The notes beneath the pieces are model-generated. The model did not search any database and was not told the origin of the DNA. It worked only from the letters and a program-made list of their open reading frames with translations. This document shows positions 1 through 13,125 of a DNA stretch of 64,000 bases, piece after piece. The translations under genes and the position numbers were made by a program. The stretch is from Chiloscyllium plagiosum. Lineage: Eukaryota. Position 1 is the first letter of the stretch; each line of letters begins with the position of its first letter. The stretch is taken from contig NC_057718.1 of assembly GCF_004010195.1 (NCBI RefSeq), positions 76,407,642-76,471,641 of the forward strand, written 5' to 3'.

Positions 1-375
1 AGGGGTGACCTTATAGAGGTTTACAAAATTATGAGGGGCATGGATAGGATAAATAGACAAAGTATTTTCCCTGGGGTCGGGGAGTTCAGAACTTGAGGGC
101 ATAGGTTTAGGGTGAGAGGGGAAAGATATAAAAGAGGCAACTTTTTCATGCAGAGGGTGGTACGTGTATGGAATGAGCTGCCAGAGGATGTGGTGGAGGT
201 TGGTACAGTTGCAACATTTAAGGGGCATTTGGATGGGTATATGAATAGGAAGGGTTTGGAGGGATATGGGCTGGGCGCTGGCAGGTGGGACTAGATTGGG
301 TTGGGATATCTGGTCGGCATGGACAGGTTGGACCGAAGGGTCTGTTTCCATGCTGTACATCTCTATGACTCTATA
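1..375 (+). mobile_element. CR1 LINE 3' end (ORF2 C-terminus, 3' UTR and tail)
   Basis: Reads RGDLIEVYKIMRG...RGHRFRVRG...FFMQRVVRVWNELPEDVVE, ends in a CTCTATGACTCTAT tail. Near-identical to the CR1 copies ending at 39387 and 52091. Confidence 0.95.
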
Positions 376-1299
376 CTTACTCATTTTTATTTGCATTCTC
401 AGTTCATCCATTTTGTTTCAAATGCCATGTACATTCAGACTTAATTTTATCCTTTTACTCCCTTCATAAATTCTAGTCCTATCTGTTGTTTGACTATTCG
501 ATTCATTATCTCCATTCCTTTATGTCATGTTTATCATTATGTTTATCCTTCCCCATATTAATACATTTTTCTTTGACCTTCACGCTATTTTTTGATTTAC
601 CAGTCTTCCCTCTTGACAAAATTGATGTTCAAGTTATCCTATATGCAACAGTGACACATCACCTGTCCTGCCATCCTTAATATGTTCTAAGAAACTACTT
701 AATTGTTGTATTCAACTTTATATTTAGTAGTAGTTTTACATATTTTATTAGCATTTTCACCAGCTGCTATGCAAATTTGAAACTTAGAAATAGAATAAAT
801 CTGAAATACAAACCAGATACTTCTCAATTTAGTAGCCTCTTCTCCTTTAGCACAGTAAAAATCAATTCCTGGAGGGTGGAAATGTTTAGGCAAAAGCAAA
901 AACAACAGACCACCAATTTTCTTTTCCCTGTTTAATCTTTGAATCAATTCATTCCAATACTCTGTTAGAAGTTGCACTCAAGTGCTAAGCCACATAAAGT
1001 TGGCTAGTTTTATATACTCCTAACACAAAGGGCCTATCTAACTCACTTAATGAAGACCTAGCTTCACCTAATTGTTAATTAAGCTGCTGGTTCACTGGAA
1101 CCCTTGGAAAATCATTGCTTAAGGTTTTCAGCTACAGAGTTTAAACTGTAGTTTTCAGCTTATTGCCAACTACAAACTAAATTAGATTTGTATAAAATAA
1201 AAATTGAGACTTCCTTATTTGACAACTGCATGCACTCTGTTCTGGTTTGCAGAGTAGTAGTGACCTAATACATCTTAGAAGAGGACCTTCTCCTCAATC

Positions 1300-2480
1300 T
1301 TCTGAAAAGCTGAAGTCTGTTCCTCACTCTAGTGCCATTGTTGGAGCTCTTTTTAAGACCGCACTTGTGGATTGAATGGGACTAGCATGATTAGGAATGA
1401 ATTTTCTACTTGTTTACCTTTTCTGTGAAGTATTGGATGCCATTTATGCAATTTGATTACAGAAATTCACTTGCAGCCCTTGTCTATTTGGTATCTGTTT
1501 CTATGAATCCTTGGTTCCATATTGTATCTGAAAGATATAATTCTTGTAATTTTGTATTGACACTTCTTGATGAATGTAAGGCCTGCACATTAATGCTTTT
1601 CTCTAACTCTATGAGTCTGCTCCTTTTGGGTCTGATCCTGTACCAGGATATTGGGCATAGGACAATCGATGTCTTATTTACCTTCAAGAATCCTCAAAAT
1701 TGTTTTTTGAAAGGTTTTGGTGTGGGTGAAATTCTACAGATTGGAACAGAATTGTCCAAATGGTGTGATGAACATAGTCAGCAACCTTGACTTGTATTCT
1801 ATGGGTTCCTGTCAAAAACCCCTGTTTTCTAATTTTGTAAAAAAAATAAGCTGCTTCTAGCTAATTTGGGAAAACTTTCATCATCTGACAAAATTGATTA
1901 AAATCCTGTTTTACTCCTTCATTCAATTGAATGAGATCCATGCACAATCTTAGGTCTCTGCAGTGTTTATGAATTGTTACCAGTCCTGAGCACCATTGTG
2001 GGCTCAATCACTAGTGACATTATCCTGTTTTTTATCATGCTCTAATGAGCCTTCATATTTTCTAATAGTGAGTGAGGTAGGTTTTAGGAGTAATTGCTTG
2101 AACATTTTCTCTTCTTTAGTCAATGTCTTCTGATTAGCTGCTTGCTCTCCAGAGTCTTCCCATTGTGTTGTTTTGTTGTCCAAGGTCCTACTTTGCCATT
2201 TGTAGTCTTAACTTTTTTCCTCAGGCTTTGTAAAATATGGTCTGACTTTAATATGATCATTCTGAGATCTCCTACGCTGCCATCATGGTTTAACATGATC
2301 TTGTTTCTGTATGCTTTATGTTATCATCACTTTTCAAGCTTTGTGAGCACATTGGATCACTTCTTGTTTCTCTGGGCATTGGGAATCCGCATGCATTCAT
2401 TAAGGCTACTTCCTTCACTCTAGGCTGCCAGTCTTCTTGACCTCTAGCATGTCTAGTTCATCCTTATCCAAGAGTAAGGC
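1300..2480 (-). mobile_element. Highly decayed LINE RT fragment, possibly L1/Tx1-like
   Basis: Minus-strand peptide MPNILVQDQT (about 1660-1630) resembles the L1/Tx1 LPxIIxxDQTGF block. Many frameshifts; boundaries approximate. Confidence 0.35.
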
Positions 2481-2835
2481 TGTCTGTCTGTTCATTATTG
2501 TAACTCACTTTATTTGCTCTAAAATACAACTCACCAGTATATGTCTTAAATTTGCTCCATTCCATGTTTCTATTTGATTTGATGTACTGGTGACCGGCTA
2601 AGGGCCTCAATCAAGTCATTGTATCTGCATTTTCATATTCTGTTATGCAACAAAGATTATCAGGACAACAATCATACTCAGAAATGAACTGTGGCCATAT
2701 GAACAAGGTGCCCGTGATTGACCAATACCATGGAATCTATAACCCAGCAAAAAGGCAGCAGAGGAGAAAATTAGTGGGAAATAAATTTCTTTCTATTAAG
2801 AGAACAGCTCTAAGCCAGGTACAATTGTTTTCCAG

Positions 2836-3042
2836 AAGAAGGTGTGGACTGCAGATGCTGGAGATCAGTGTCGAGAGTGTGGTGCTGGAAAAGCACAGCA
2901 GGTCAGGCAGCATCTGCGGAGCAGGAGAATCGACATTTCGGGCATAAGCCCTTCCTGATGAAGGGCTTATGCCCAAAACATCGATTCTCCTTTTCCTCAG
3001 ATGCTGCCTGACCTGCTGTGCTTTTCCAGCACCACACTCTCA
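2836..3042. mobile_element. Fold-back PLE-derived mini-element with degenerate hammerhead core
   Basis: Long inverted repeat centred near 2950. CTGATGAAGGGCTTATGCCCAAAAC starts at 2955 (GAAA mutated). Flanks are an imperfect TSD, ACAATTGTTTTCCAG / ACAATTAGTTTTCAG. Confidence 0.85.
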
Positions 3043-4193
3043 ACAATTAGTTTTCAGGCACTGAATGAAGTGTGCATACTTTATAAAGCTCATAGGTGTT
3101 ATGTCAATAGTTGAGAACTTAGGGAAATCAATCTGACAAGATACAATCTATGCATTTAATGTCAAATAGAGAGAGCAGTAGACATTTCATTTTTGTCCTT
3201 CTGTTCATAATTTATTCTAAATTAAGGTGACCTGCACTTTGCAAAGTATTGTCATTATTTGAATCCTGAAATATTCATAATTCTTCAATTTCTTTATTCC
3301 TTATTTTAATTTTAATAATTGTTTCTGGCAATGTCATGGGTCATAATTACTTGTCTATTTAAATCACCATCACAGTTCAGCACCTGCAGTCATGGTGACT
3401 TCTTAATAAACCAATTATCATGTGTTCCCACTGCAATTTTCTATTTCATGCCTTTGTATGATTGAGTTGTGTAGCAGCTTAAGTTACAAAATAAATCAAC
3501 CAGCAGATGTCACTATATTTTTCTGAATTATTTACATTCATTCATCTGAATACTTCTTGCACTTTTTTCATATTGATGTTTCAAATATGTTACATCAATA
3601 GAATGTTTGTAAGTTGCACATGTAATTGTTTAAAAGGAAAACTTGGAAGTCTTCTCAACTCTAGCACAACGAAGCAATACAATTGAATTTCAGTGGCATT
3701 AAATCGTTGATGTGACTGATTTATACCTTTACAGAAGTCAGAGTAGACTCATAAAGCTAATTGTCCACTCCTGCAACATAGCTCTCTGTCTGCAATTGAA
3801 ACTAATGTGCAGAAATGAAAATTAACCAACAGATAACTACATATTTTAAATAAGTTTAGTTGAGAATTCTGATAACAGACATGGTAAACTGTAAAAAGGA
3901 AACTGCACCTTTATTCAATAAGCCAACATCATTTCATTGGCAAAAGGAAAGGTTGTAATGGAACCATTAGCTTAGCCAGAGACCACATTATGACCTAGTG
4001 CTAATCAGCTTTTCAAGTATCCAACTTTGCTTTCCTCCTGTGATAATAGAATGCAGCATTGTTAACAAGAAACTTTAACTTAAAAAATTCTTAAATGTAA
4101 TACATCAGCAAGAAAAGCAATTGCAAGAATGTATCGTTTACTTGCTTTGTCTTGAAAATATTTTACTTCAATTAATTGCACTCCTTGTGCCAG

Positions 4194-4236
4194 GATCACG
4201 TTGTTGAAATGGGATATGATGTTCCGTATGGACATC
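4194..4236 (+). CDS. Candidate 43-nt internal exon of an unidentified host gene
   Basis: Acceptor CTCCTTGTGCCAG and donor GTAAGA. Two open frames (DHVVEMGYDVPYGH or ITLLKWDMMFRMDI). CpGs retained; flank looks non-repetitive. Confidence 0.3.
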
Positions 4237-4264
4237 GTAAGAATTGCAGTGTGGTTATTTGATT

Positions 4265-5670
4265 CTATAATCACAGAATCGCAGAATATGATGATGCAGA
4301 AGAAGACCATTCAGCCCATCATGTCTGCACTGGTTCACCAAAAGAGCATCATGTCTTATCAAAATTCTCCCACCTTTTACCCATAATCTTGCACATTATC
4401 TTATGCAACCTCGAATGTCTCCATTGAACCTGCTTCCACCATACGTCCAGGCCATGTATCCCAGAAGTAAAACCACTCACTTTACATTTAGGTTTTTTTC
4501 TCACATTGCATTTACTTCTTTAGCAAACACTTTAATTCTGTACCTAGGATTTAAATAAAGTCTTAGATATAGTATGCTTTATTAATTGATCTTTTCACTT
4601 GTTCCAGGACATTTAATGATCTATGCACATACATACCCAGGTTTTGCTGCCCCTGCACACTTTTTCACGTTAGTGAAACAACATAAGATAAAGTGTACTA
4701 TGTTCTTTTTGCTAAAATGTATCACCTCACTCTTATCTGTGTACGTCACTAACTTGTGAATATCCTTCTGAAGTATTACACTGTTCACAATGCTTCCAAG
4801 TTTTGTATTGCCTGCCAGCAGTGAAACTGTTACTTGCGCAGCGAGATCTAGATTGATTGATTGTATATATATCTCAGGAAGGGTGCCTTACTGACCCCCG
4901 GGGAACTCCACTACAAATTTTCCTCCAGCCTGAAGGATATCCATTAACCATTACTTTCTTTTTCCATTCACTCTGTCGATTCCTGAAAGTTAGTTAAGCA
5001 TAATTTTCCTTGATGAAAACCATGCTTTTTTCCAATTAGTCATATTTGTCCATGTGACTATTAATTTTATCCCAAATGGTTATTTCTAGACATTTCCCCA
5101 CCACTGAAGTTAAATTGTAATTGCTGGATTTACCTTTACAACCATTTTTGACCAAAGGCATAATGCTTGCAATGATTCAGTCCACCGTTACCCTTTCAAG
5201 TTCAGCTAAAATTATGGCCAGTGTCTGTGCAAATTCCACTCTTACTTCCTTCAAATTCCTTGGATGTATTTCATCTGGTCCAGGTTCAAGGTCAATTCTG
5301 TGTATCAACAGACTATTCAAAACTTCCATATCAGTTTGAACCCTTCTAGAGACTGAGCTTCCTCCTCTGTTACAATTGTTTGGATAACATCTGCATCCTT
5401 GGTTTAAAAACAACACTGATGCAAAATATTGATTTACCACTCTTGCCTCCAAGTATAAATTTCCTTTTGATACCTAATCAACCGTACTCCTTCTTTTACC
5501 ACTCTTCTGCTATTTATCTGTCTATGGAACACTTTGGGATTCACCTTTAGGTTAGCTGCCAATCTTTTCTCATAATCCCTCTTTGAATCTCTTATTGCTG
5601 CTTCAACTCACTTCTGAACATTTTGTATTCAGCTTGATTCTCATTTGCATTTTCTCCCTGAATCCTGTCA
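4265..5670 (-). mobile_element. Old CR1 LINE fragment
   Basis: Minus-strand NQYFASV...PGPDEIHPRxLKEV (ORF 5177-5452). CR1-type tail near 4270. Confidence 0.75.
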
Positions 5671-5884
5671 GTAAGTGAGGGAGTGTTTGTGCCCTGCTCA
5701 GTGTTAAGCTTCTTGGGTGTCAGTGAACTACATTCATTCAAGCAACTGGAGAGTATTACACTACATGTTTGACTTTTGCCTTGTAAATGATGGAGGCTGG
5801 AGGTGAGGTACCCACCTTGAAATTCCCAGTCTCTGACAGCTCTTACAACCATAGTTTCAAATGGCTGGTACATTTCAGTTTTTG

Positions 5885-6017
5885 GATCAGTGGTGCTGGA
5901 AGAGCACAGCAGTTCAGGCAGCATCCAACGAGCAGCGTTGCTGCCTGAACTGCTGTGCTCTTCCAGCACCACTGATCCAGAATCTGGTTTCCAGCATCTG
6001 CAGTCATTGTTTTTACC
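5885..6017. mobile_element. Fold-back PLE-derived mini-element inserted in an L2-like fragment
   Basis: Inverted repeat GGATCAGTGGTGCTGGAAGAGCACAGCAGTTCAGGCAGCA and its reverse complement. Exact 15-bp TSD ACATTTCAGTTTTTG at 5870-5884 and 6018-6032. Confidence 0.9.
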
Positions 6018-7009
6018 ACATTTCAGTTTTTGCTCAAAGTAGACTGATTTTTAACCTTGAAGCAATACAGTAAAGAGAACTTGTAATTTCTTTAAAATAC
6101 CTGTGGAATCTGTAATTGTTTTAAAGAATGTTTCAAAGGACAATTAAAAGTTTATGCCAATTGTAAAGGGATGATTGATAATCTTATTGAAGAATAAGAA
6201 ACACTGGCCCATGTGACCAGATGACACTTGATATTCCTTTGAAAATGGGAACAGGCCAAGTTCAAACAGAAATCATGTGGCCAGATACAAGTAGGATAGG
6301 CAACAAAGCTACTTTTGTAAAGGACAAATTAGAGCTAAAGCACTGAAGAGTAAAGAAGGCACTTTTACAAAGAGGTGAGTGATGGTTTAAAAGGACAGGA
6401 ACAAAAGACAGGGTTAAAGCAGTAATTGTGAATTGGACAATTCAAACGCTATGCTTTAATTTTGCCACAGCCGACCAGACCATTTAATCAGGTTCTTGCA
6501 AGGGTAGGCCATGTGGGTGACAATTGTCTCCAAAGGTCTCTAATAAAGTGGAGTTACCATTGCAGGTGACCTTAGGACCAAATCGATTGAATAAGGAAAG
6601 TGAGAAATCTTATGTCCTGAAGGCCAAATTAGAAACACCGTGAGAATGCACATCGTATGAAGAGTGATATGAAAGCTTACAACCACATGACCTAGTCTTT
6701 GTTATATCTGCTATTTTACGTGGAATTTATTTTTTGTGCAGATCATAATTTACGCTCAAATGTTCATCAGTCATCAAAAGCATTTGTTAGCTTTGCAACC
6801 TCTATTTTCCTTTTGCCATCCCTTTGTATCTTTGGCAGTCTAGTAATTGAATTCTCCAGGGCTTTTTGAGGGCTTTTGTAGAATAAATTTATCAGCCACT
6901 TCTGTGTATTTTGAATGTTGAACCAAATTGCTTGTAACAGAAAATTTAAAGTCTTTGAACATTGTTATAATCACAGCTGATGTTACAGACAGGCAAGTCA
7001 GATCCCAGG

Positions 7010-7680
7010 ATTTTTTTTTATTCTCTTGTGGGACATAGGCCTCTCTGGCTGGTCAGCATTTATTGCCTATCCCTAGTTACCATAGGACCATAAGATATAG
7101 GAGCACAGTTAGACCATTTGGCCCATGAGGTCCGTTCCATAATTTGATCATGGCTGACATGTTTCTCAATCCCCTTGTCCTGCCTTCTCCCTGTAACCTT
7201 TGATCTCCTAATCAATCAAGAACCTATCTTTCTCTGTCTTAAATACACTCAATGATTTAGCCTCCACAGCCTTCGGCGGCATTGAGTTCCACAGATTCAC
7301 TACTCTCTGGCTAACGAAATTCCTCCTTATCTCCATTCTAAAGGGCTGTCTCTTCACTCTGAGGCTGTGCCTTCAGGTCCTAGTCTCTTTTACTAGTAGA
7401 AACATCTTCTGTTAAATCTATCTAGGCCTCTGAATGTTCTTTAAGATTCAATGAGATCTACCATCATCCTTCGAAAATCCTCTTCATAAGACGAGCTTTT
7501 CATTTCCATGATCATTTTTGTAAACTCCTCTGGATCCGCTGCAAGGTCAGCGCATCCTTTCTTAGATACTGGCTCCAAAACTGCTCAGAATATTTCAAAT
7601 ACCTTTGAGAAGGTGGTGGTGAACTGCCTTCTTGAACCACTGAAGTCCATGTGCTGTAGTTTGACCCACAATGTTTTTCA
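7010..7680 (-). mobile_element. L2-like 3' tail interrupted by a CR1 3' fragment (about 7081-7595)
   Basis: CAGCATTTATTGCC...CCTTTGAGAAGGTGGTGGTGAACTGCCTTCTTGAACC is the reverse complement of the tail at 52100-52240. The CR1 tail CATAGGACCATAAGATATAGGAGC lies inside. Confidence 0.7.
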
Positions 7681-7699
7681 CAACTGACACGTTGATCTC

Positions 7700-9970
7700 A
7701 TTGGCCAGCTGCAATTTGAGAGCTAAGGTGCTTTCTTGCTCGTTAAACTTTGTCGATAGTTCAACTTGTCCCAGCTTTATGTTCAGCTTTCGGATCTTGT
7801 CAAACTTGCCAAACACAACAGATGTACTGAAATCTCAGAAATCCTTGCAGGTACCTGAGGGTGCAAGAACTGGCTCTCCATTGCAGCCATCAACCTGTCT
7901 ATGGAAGTAAATAGATGGTCACGTGACTGTTGCATCTCCAGGGCAATAAGGGCCATGGCTTCCCACATGCCTATTTGCCACTCCTGTTCCTTCCTGTGCA
8001 TTTGGACAAAGTTCCTGATTGCCCCACCATAGGGTCCTCTCCAGCCTGCGGCTGAACGAGCACCTGGTCTCTGGAAATCCTCCAAGTGCCAGTGACCTGG
8101 GCATTCCTACATCCACCAGCTGTGGAGCAGTGAGGTGCTTACTAGATTCTGCTCTCACAGTCTCAAAGCCTTACACACCCACTGAGCTGTGAGTATCTGA
8201 GCTAGTGGGTGTGCCGGAAGCAGCCTTACCAATGCTCTCTCTAAAGCTTTGGCATTTTTATTGCTAGAAGTTCAGGAGGTAGTTTTAGGGAAAAACGGAC
8301 ATTCACTTTTTCATTCTCACTTTTTCTGACTGGAGGTCTGTGGCCAGTATTGTTTGGCAGGGATCAGTGCTGGGCCCTCTGTTGATTGTAATATATATAA
8401 ATGATCTGGAGGAGAATGTAGGTGGCCTGATTAGTAAGTTTGCAGATAATACAGAGATTGGGCGAACTGCAGTTAGTGAGAAGGACTGCCAGAGAATAGA
8501 GCAGAATATAGATAGGTTCGAGTCTTGGGCAGGGAAATGTCAGATGGAATTTAATCCAGATGGATGAGAGGTGATGCATTTTGGAAGGTCTAGTGCAGAA
8601 GGGAAGTATACAGTAAAAACTATACAGAACCCTTAGAAGGTGTTCCACGCACACAGATTCACAGCTCCCTGAAAGTGGCAACACAAGTAGATAGGGTGAT
8701 CTAGAAGACGTATAGCATGCTTGCCTTCATTGGTTGGAGCATAGAGTCTAAAAATTGGAAAGTCATGTTGCAGCTGTATAGAACTGAGCTCACATTTAGA
8801 ATATTGTGTATAGTTCTGGTTGCCACACTATCAGAACAATTTGGAGGCTTTGAGAGAGTATAGAAGAGGGAGGGAGAGATTGCACAAACTTGGTTTGTTT
8901 TCACTTGAATGTCGAAGAATGAGGGAAAGACCTGATAGAAATTTACAAAATTATGAGAAGCATGGCATTGAATGGATAGTTGGAGTCACTTCCGCTGAGT
9001 CAAAATCTCAATTGCCAGGGCTATAAGTTTTGGGTAAAAAGAGGAAAATTTAAAGGAGATGTGAGAGTCAAGTTTTTTACATAGCGGGTGATAAGTGTAT
9101 GGAATGTGCTGGCAAGGGAATAGTAGAAACAGGTATAATAGTAGTATTTAAGAGGCATCTTGACAGGTACATGACCAGGTAGGGAATAAAAGGGTAAGGA
9201 CCTGATTGTGAGAAAAAGCTTTTTAGTTTGGAAAGGCATTATGTGTCAGCGCAATCTTGGTGAGCTGAAAACTGTGTTCCTGTGTTGTACTCTTGTGTTC
9301 TTGTGTTGTACTCTTCTTTGTTCTTTTTCTCTGCGGAGGTTTTGCGGGGCTGGCTGAACCTACAAGACATGAGAGAGAAGCTATCGTGACAATTGGTTTG
9401 AAGTGATGTGCAAAGAATGCTCTGATCATGGGGTTGATGTTATGTCTGAGGGGAATGAAGAATGGTATTTGCTCAGTTGATCTTTTCCAGCAAGGCCCAA
9501 GGTTTTTTCCTCATCGGGGCTGAGGATCCTAAGGTTGGGGTCACTCACTCACGGACTTTCATGTTTGGTCTGGCCTGCAATAGGCTGTCTTCCCCTGTAA
9601 TATGACAAAGGAAGAAATTGAGTTAGGTGAACGTGGATGGCACAGCCGTTGTACTGGTGCAAGTAGTTGAAAGGTGGTGATGTGTTCTGAGGAAGTGAGG
9701 AGGCAGTGCAGACAGTATATAAGGTTAGTGGTACCAGAGTTTGGATGGGGGGTGTACGTTCATGAGAATGAATGAAGGAATATGTTGCAGTCCATTGTGA
9801 GAGGGACAGAGCATAAGTCTAGATGGAAAGTGGGTGCAAACAGAAATGGAAGTTGAATGGGTTTGAGGTGGTGAAGAGAAGAATGTGGCACTCACTCTGA
9901 GAAGATCATTGTCCTTCTTTCAACACTGCTGGCTGTTATTCCACGCCCTGGAGACTGCAGTGACCTGGAT
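7700..9970 (-). mobile_element. Possible decayed Harbinger/PIF-type Myb/SANT accessory ORF remnant, split by a CR1
   Basis: GC-richer, coding-like minus-strand peptide (SIDRLMAAMESQ, ORF 7783-8085). Family assignment rests on resemblance only. Confidence 0.25.
8320..9300 (+). mobile_element. 5'-truncated CR1 LINE (RT C-terminal half and 3' end)
   Basis: QGSVLGPLLIVIYINDL...ISKFADNT...QMEFNPD (ORF 8340-8567). Confidence 0.9.
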
Positions 9971-9984
9971 GACTACCTTGGACC

Positions 9985-10085
9985 AGGCTGAGGAAGAAAC
10001 ACTTGACCTGAAATGTTAACTCTGACTTCTCTCCACAGATGCTGCCAGACCTGCTGCGCTTTTCCAGCAATTTCTGTTTTTTTTT
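9985..10085 (+). mobile_element. PLE 3'-end fragment with degenerate hammerhead core
   Basis: CTGAGGAAG...TGAAATGTTAACTCTG...CAGATGCTGCCAGACCTGCTG. Same family as 59158-59366. Confidence 0.7.
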
Positions 10086-11404
10086 TCTCATCCTAGCTTC
10101 TGCTAAGCCAATGGCTTAAATTTTAAGATAAGAAAAAAAGGGTTTTCTCTTATTTCTTGTAAAACCCCACAGTATAAGCAAACTTCAAGTTTCTATTCAC
10201 CCTATGTAGCTTAGGCTTACATATATGTTGGTCCTAATCAGTGAAACCTTACAAGGGCCTAAACAACTTGGGCTAAAGTGAAATTTCTGGTAGAATTGTG
10301 AGAGATTTTGGCAGAGGCTATCATGAAGTCAGGAGCAACCCACTACATCTTTTATGTATCTACCAGGTGATCAGGTGAGCTTCTCTGCATGTTACCAGTT
10401 GAGGGGGATCATTATTCATTAAGTGCATTATAAATGGCACAACATTGCCATACGTTCAGCTTCTTGTTTTACTGAGAACACCGAAAAACGTAGATATGGA
10501 GAGTTCTTGACATGGTCATCAAAGCAGGTAGCTGAAGAATTCAGCTTGGCTGCTTGCTCCAAATGACCCTAATGTTGAATCCTGGGCATCAATGCCTCAG
10601 GGCACATCTCTGATTCACTCTTAAAGGAACTTCCTGCACTTCAGTACTGCACCTCTGGCTGCACCAGCAACATCATTGTAATGCTGCAGCTATGCAGTCA
10701 GCTAAGAGAGCAGACCGGGCTCTGTGTTTGGCCTGTTCTTTTGCCATCATAGTATTCACTCACTCTGAGCTGGCCTGGACACTCACAACATTCCTGCCTT
10801 CCATTACCCTGCTGTTTTGTGTCTTACCTTCTCCAACAGAGATTACTGCTATATTGTCGTGCTGCTTACATTACTGCTATATTGTCGTGCTGCTTAGCAC
10901 GGACACAAAAGCCTGTCATGATCATCAGTAGGCTTCAATCAAATTGAGGGACACAGCCTTCACTCAGGGGTCCCCAGCCTCTGCTACAAGTCCACTGGCT
11001 TGATTCCAGTTACTCAGGCTGTCAGAATCACTCTCTCTGCATAGGGAGCAAGGAACTGAATATTGAGTAGCATGTCACTTGACTTGATCATTTCTGCCCT
11101 AGTTGGGACTGTTTCTCCCATGGCATGAGACTGAGACAGATATTAAGGAAGATGAAAGTGGATGGCACAGCTACTACTGTTAGTGTGAATATTTCACCAA
11201 GTGAGTGAGTTGGCAGAGCTGAGGGCAAAGCAGGGTTAGTGTTTCCAAGGGATAGATTGGATGAAGGAAGATGTTGGAGGCAACAGTAAGGGAGATAAAG
11301 CATAACCCTTGGTGGGAACTGGATGCAGTAACAAAGGTAGAGTGAATGTAAAACTGTGGACAGAAGAGTGTGTCACTTGACTTAGTAGAATGGAGGAGAC
11401 AATA

Positions 11405-12540
11405 AAGCCATAAGAAATAGGAACAGGAGTAAGCTGTTCAGTCCCTGGAGCCTGTTCTACCATTCAATAGGTTGATGGCTGATCCAGCATTCCTCATGTC
11501 CCCTTTCCTGCACTTTCCCTACAGCCCTTGATTTTCCTATGGATCAAGACTGTATCTATCAGAGCCTTAAATATACACAAGAACTCTGCCCAAGGACTCT
11601 CTGTGACAAGGAGTTCAAAAGAAGAAGAAATTCCTCCTCATCTCAGTCTTAAATTGATGTCCCTTTATTATTAGAGTATGCTTCTGGTCCTAGTCTTTCC
11701 CATGTGGGGAAACACCCTTTCAGCATTTACCCTGTCAAGCTCCTTAAGAATCCTACATGTTTCAATAAGATAAGCTCTTATTCTTCCAAATTCCAATGAG
11801 TAGAGTCCCAAACTGCTTTGCTTTTGCTGCTAAGACAATGCCACCATAGCAGGGATAACTCTAGTGAACCTCCTCTGAACTGCCTCTAATGATTTCCTTA
11901 AATAAGGGGATTAAAACTGCTCACAGTACTATAGATGTGATCTCATCTGTACCTTGTATAATTCCAGTAAGACTTCCTTAGTCTTATATTTAACCTTTTT
12001 GAAATAAGACCAACATTCCATTAGCCTTCCTGATTACTTGCTGCACCCGTGTGCTAGCCTTTTGTGTTTCATATAAAAGTACTGCCAGGTCACTTTGTGT
12101 TGCAACTTTCTGCAGTTTTTCTCCATTTAAAAAGTATTCTGTTCTTTTGTTCTGCCTTCCAAAATGAACAACTTTGCATTTTCCCCAATTATGCGTCATT
12201 TGCCAACTTCTTGCCCACTTACATAATCTATCAGTATCTCTCTGTAAACTGTTGATATCCCTCTCACAACCTGCCTTTCTATCTATTTTAATGTTATCTG
12301 CAAATTTGGCTATAGCATATTCCCTTTCTTCCTCCAAGTCATCAATATATTGTAAACACTTACAGTCCCAGCACTGATCGCTGTGGCATTCCACTGGTCA
12401 CAGGTCACCAACCTAAAGAAGAGCCCCTTATCCCCACTTACTGTTTCCTGCACATGAACCAATTCTGTATTCATCCCAATATACCACTTCCAACATCATG
12501 AACTCTTCTGTTTTGATTTAACATTTTATGAGGTACTGAG
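11405..12540 (-). mobile_element. 5'-truncated CR1 LINE
   Basis: YIDDL...AKFADNIKI...KCKVVHFG (ORF 11990-12394). Tail CCATAAGAAATAGGAACAGGAG. Confidence 0.9.
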
Positions 12541-12889
12541 CTTTCTAATCGCACTGTTGGCATTCCTCTGGACTGTGAAAACTGTACTGACCCAGCTGGT
12601 GACCTCAGACCTGATTACCAGGACTGGTGACATGGCCTTCTCTTATGATTCTCTGTGAAGAGGACATCCAATTTTCCTCCACCTGAACCAGCACTAATAG
12701 CTGTACCAGCCATTTTCATTTCACTCAATCCCTCCCTTTGGAAGAGAAAACGGCTCACAACTGGCCGGACAGATTGAAGGTGGGTGCTGGGATGCTTGAC
12801 ATTCATCTCCTCACCTCCTACAAGGAAAAGATTTTTCAGTTCGCGGGAGAAAATCAAGATTGCTTATATGGAATGCCAAGACCTCCATT

Positions 12890-13125
12890 TGCTGGTGAAA
12901 TAACTCCACAGAGGCAGGTATTCCACACCAAGTCATCCTTTATTTACACATGGAAAGTCCTTGATGCTGATAGAGCCTCATCAGAGTCAACTCCCAGAGT
13001 GTCACTCCTGACACTCCTGTTTTAATCTGTCAGCCAAAGATCCCTAATTGGACCAGGTTAACTGCTCAGTCAGGGGACTCATAATCTATGAGGCCAATCT
13101 GGTTGACTTTGTTACAATCACTGCA
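12890..13125 (-). repeat. 3' LTR of the Gypsy element
   Basis: TG...CA boundaries. Minus-strand polypurine tract AAAAGGGAGGGA (13126-13137) lies immediately upstream. Confidence 0.7.

Noticed and set aside
1253..1375. Possible terminal exon after TTTGCAG (SSSDLIHLRRGPSP...)
   Set aside because: No recognisable homology, overlaps a probable decayed LINE, and has only an acceptor-like site in support.
2836..3042. Palindromic elements as miRNA genes or DNA-transposon MITEs
   Set aside because: The arms match Penelope 3' ends, ends are ragged, and TSDs are long and variable, which fits retrotransposition.
10842..10896. 27-bp direct duplication ATTACTGCTATATTGTCGTGCTGCTTA (similar short duplications near 9280 and 36693)
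   Set aside because: Two-copy slippage duplications with no further structure.
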